Positions 61,513 to 64,000 of a stretch of DNA of 64,000 bases are shown piece by piece. The notes below the pieces were generated by a model. That model was given only the letters and a program-made list of their open reading frames with translations. It ran no database searches and was not told the origin of the DNA. Position 1 is the stretch's first letter. Each line of letters starts with the position of its first letter. Where the stretch lies: the IMG/VR virus record IMGVR_UViG_3300027985_000843, positions 62,001-126,000 of that record, one strand, 5' to 3'. A program made the translations under genes and the position numbers.

Positions 61513-63999
61513 CTACGTCGTAGCCTCCCTGAAGGTCAAGGTCAGGTCACCGAGTTCGAGGCTCTCCACCTCGGAGGCTTGCAGATCATGCGGGCCGCGA
61601 TCGTTGTAGATCACGTAGCTCGCAGCGTAGTCGTGGTTGGTCGGGTCGTCTGCTGGTGTGCCGCCCGTTGCCAAGCTCACAACCACGTGGTTGGCTGTCC
61701 GTTCCAACCTCTCAGCCTCGATGGCGGCCGGAGTGGTCAGCCCCGTCTCAGCCGTGATGGTCGCGTCATCGCTGTAGCCCGTGATGGTCGCCCCGTCGGC
61801 CCCGATGATGTACGCCCCGGCCCCGTAGCTGCCTACCAGGGCGAGGGTGGTCGATAGGGCCATCGCCACGTCGTCCTGGAACACGCCCCGGTGCATCGTC
61901 ACAGGGCCACCCCCGTCGATGGTCGGATACCTCAGGGCGTTGGTGAGGATGTACACCTGGTTGTCGCCCGAGTCGAGTACCGAGAGCCGAGCATACGAAG
62001 AGAAGAGGGCCTCTCGAATCTTGCGGGACTCGTCTGCGTAGCCCATCTTCGCCAGAGGGATGACTTGGAAGTCGACCCCCGTGGTCGAGTCGATCGCATT
62101 GATGAGGTCCGACTGCGCGGACCCTTGCCCAACAAGCTTCTGATTCAGCTCCGTCGAAACATTGGTACGGACGATCGGATCGGTTGTGTCCTTTTTCGCT
62201 CCCGCCTTGAGCTGGATGGTTGTCTCTAGGTCGATGGCATTCAAGACGGCCTGTTTCGCGAGAACGTCTGCCGTCACGTGCCGCTGCTTGTTGAGAGCCC
62301 GCTGGAACTCCTGAAGCAAGTCGTTGATCACGTAGGTCACGGCGAAATTCTCGTCATGGCTGTAGTCCACACTCACCGTCTGACCACTGAGGATGGCCGA
62401 GGTGGTCGTGCGGACGACGGCCGCCGGAGTTGTTGCGGTGCCCTCGATGATCTCGAAGTCGGGGGCCACAGTGCTCGGGCCGTCGTATTCGATGGTCCGG
62501 TCTTCCGAAAAGACTCGAAGCGTCGCTGTGTTGATGCCGATGGCTGCGAGCTTCTCCGAGAAGAAGCCGATCATGACATGCGTCTCATTGTTGACCGTGA
62601 GAACATCGCCCGACGGCACACCTCCCACCTGGTTGATGGAGATGTAGTCCTGGGCGATGGTGCTCTCGCCATTCCACAGAGGATCCTCCGTCTTGTACAG
62701 GTCGTAGCCCGCCGTGGAAGACAGAGTCCCAGACACCTCCCCGACAACCGACGTGACCCGCCGAACCGGCTGCAAGGTCGGGATGAACTTGTTCACACTG
62801 CGATATCTCACGTCCGCGTGAATGACGTTGTCGATGGCAGTAACGAACGACTGAATGCTCACATCCAGCTGGAACGTCTGGTAGTCGAGGAGAACCACGC
62901 CAGCCAAGTCGTAGTCGAGCCCCTGCGTCACGTTTCGGACCCCGAGTCCCTGGGCGATGTTGTCGAGAATCTCCACCAGCGGCGTGTCGACCGTTACCCG
63001 AGGATCAGTCACGCGGAAGATCAGGTTGACTGCATCCACGATCTGGCATTGCGTATCTCTCAGGACCTCGAAGGTGAAGGCAAACGTCTCCGTGACGGTC
63101 CGCTCTCGAACACCTTGGATCCAAATGTCCACCTTGCCGCCGATGTGCTTGTCTCGAACCTCATCGTAGTCGCGCATCATGAGGTCGTCCCCGGACTTTA
63201 CGACCTTGGCCCGTACGATGCCCTGCTGCTCGGCTGCGGTGGCAGCATAGCCGCCTTCCGTGCCCGTATCGACCGAAACGAAGCCAAGCTGCGCCCGGAC
63301 TGCGAGATCGTGGTTGCTTTCACGGTCCGTACCGAAGACGGTGGCCTCGGTGTTCGTCACGTTCATGCTTCCAGTCGCGGAGGCCGACTGGAAACTCGTG
63401 ATGGCCCCCGCCGACACATTGCCGTTGGCTCCGGGGTTCTCCGCCGTGATGGTGACAATCAGCTCGTACCGCTGCGTGTCGAAGTTGTAGTAGGCGTCAG
63501 CGTCTGCTGCTGGCAACAGGTAGGTGCCGCTCACGAGGAAGCGGACGGTGCCTGTCGACACGATGGTGCCCGAGGCGATCGTGATGTCCCGCGCGGGGCG
63601 AGTGGTCGTATAGAACACGGCCTGCCCTGTGGCCGGGCGGCCCGCAAGACGAGTCCGCTGGAAATTGCCCGCGAGCTTCTCAAACTGCGTGTCGATCAGC
63701 TGCTGAACCGCGATGTCCGTCGCGAACCCTAGAGCCGCCTTGAGGGCTGACTTGTAGGAGGACGAGGCCACCGCATCGGACACCTCGTCGCCATTGGCGT
63801 CATCGATGGGCAACAGGGTGAGGAAGCTCTGCGACCTGTGGACGAAGTCGAGGATGAACCAGATGCGCTCGGCCTCCGAGGCGAACGGATCAATCGACAC
63901 GTCCCGAGTGGTCGACCCGGGGAGCAAGCTGATCTCCTCGTTGACCCGCTTGATAGCGTCGAGGAAGTTGAGTGTCACCTGAAGCTGGGTCCGATCCGG
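61513..63999 (-). CDS. Baseplate J/gp6-like protein, 5'-truncated at window edge
   Basis: Frame open to 63999; LAGNF..TR....ATG.A.F, I..GT.V, A...G..GN...G.I, G.D.ES..DL..R, GGKVDIWI. Confidence 0.85.
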   Translation of the reverse strand, partial: PDRTQLQVTLNFLDAIKRVNEEISLLPGSTTRDVSIDPFASEAERIWFILDFVHRSQSFLTLLPIDDANGDEVSDAVASSSYKSALKAALGFATDIAVQQLIDTQFEKLAGNFQRTRLAGRPATGQAVFYTTTRPARDITIASGTIVSTGTVRFLVSGTYLLPAADADAYYNFDTQRYELIVTITAENPGANGNVSAGAITSFQSASATGSMNVTNTEATVFGTDRESNHDLAVRAQLGFVSVDTGTEGGYAATAAEQQGIVRAKVVKSGDDLMMRDYDEVRDKHIGGKVDIWIQGVRERTVTETFAFTFEVLRDTQCQIVDAVNLIFRVTDPRVTVDTPLVEILDNIAQGLGVRNVTQGLDYDLAGVVLLDYQTFQLDVSIQSFVTAIDNVIHADVRYRSVNKFIPTLQPVRRVTSVVGEVSGTLSSTAGYDLYKTEDPLWNGESTIAQDYISINQVGGVPSGDVLTVNNETHVMIGFFSEKLAAIGINTATLRVFSEDRTIEYDGPSTVAPDFEIIEGTATTPAAVVRTTTSAILSGQTVSVDYSHDENFAVTYVINDLLQEFQRALNKQRHVTADVLAKQAVLNAIDLETTIQLKAGAKKDTTDPIVRTNVSTELNQKLVGQGSAQSDLINAIDSTTGVDFQVIPLAKMGYADESRKIREALFSSYARLSVLDSGDNQVYILTNALRYPTIDGGGPVTMHRGVFQDDVAMALSTTLALVGSYGAGAYIIGADGATITGYSDDATITAETGLTTPAAIEAERLERTANHVVVSLATGGTPADDPTNHDYAASYVIYNDRGPHDLQASEVESLELGDLTLTFREATT

Positions 64000-64000
64000 A

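Noticed and set aside
1-64000. tRNA, rRNA, integrase or att site
   Set aside because: Intergenic gaps are too short and none showed a cloverleaf or T-loop pattern by eye. The only tyrosine-recombinase-like motif set belongs to the Topo IB core.

Overview
A 64 kb fragment of a large, high-GC (roughly 60-63% in hand-counted lines) dsDNA tailed phage, probably a jumbo-type myovirus. Almost all real genes are on the minus strand and many are joined by ATGA/TGATG overlaps. Reading in the direction of transcription (right to left): (1) a baseplate/tail block at 37.6-64 kb (baseplate J-like, wedge, two paralogous giant proteins, a duplicated fibre-like pair); (2) a membrane/lysis-like operon at 34-37.6 kb interrupted by a GIY-YIG homing endonuclease; (3) a replication block at 25-33.6 kb (SNF2 helicase, loader-like protein, DnaB, CHC2 zinc finger, family A DNA polymerase); (4) accessory and host-like genes at 8.2-25 kb (AAA ATPase-DUF1257-DUF2997 module, 5'-nucleotidase, ThyX, nitrilase, ClpX, DUF1848, YkgJ, DHH phosphoesterase, histone H1-like protein); (5) a cluster at 1.3-8.2 kb of enzyme and toxin-like proteins. 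The most unusual signals are three. First, a short peptide motif (R/K-V-V-A-R-Y-L) recurs with different codons at the termini of unrelated proteins and at the internal domain junctions of a Nudix-topoisomerase IB-metallopeptidase fusion. Second, there are two distinct upstream DNA motifs, one giving a fixed GGTGTA-N10-start spacing. Third, the motif-tagged genes share the other DNA motif with tail genes, which suggests a tagged virion-cargo or polyprotein system. No tRNA, rRNA, CRISPR array or integrase was recognised. Family names come from motif recognition by eye, not from database searches.
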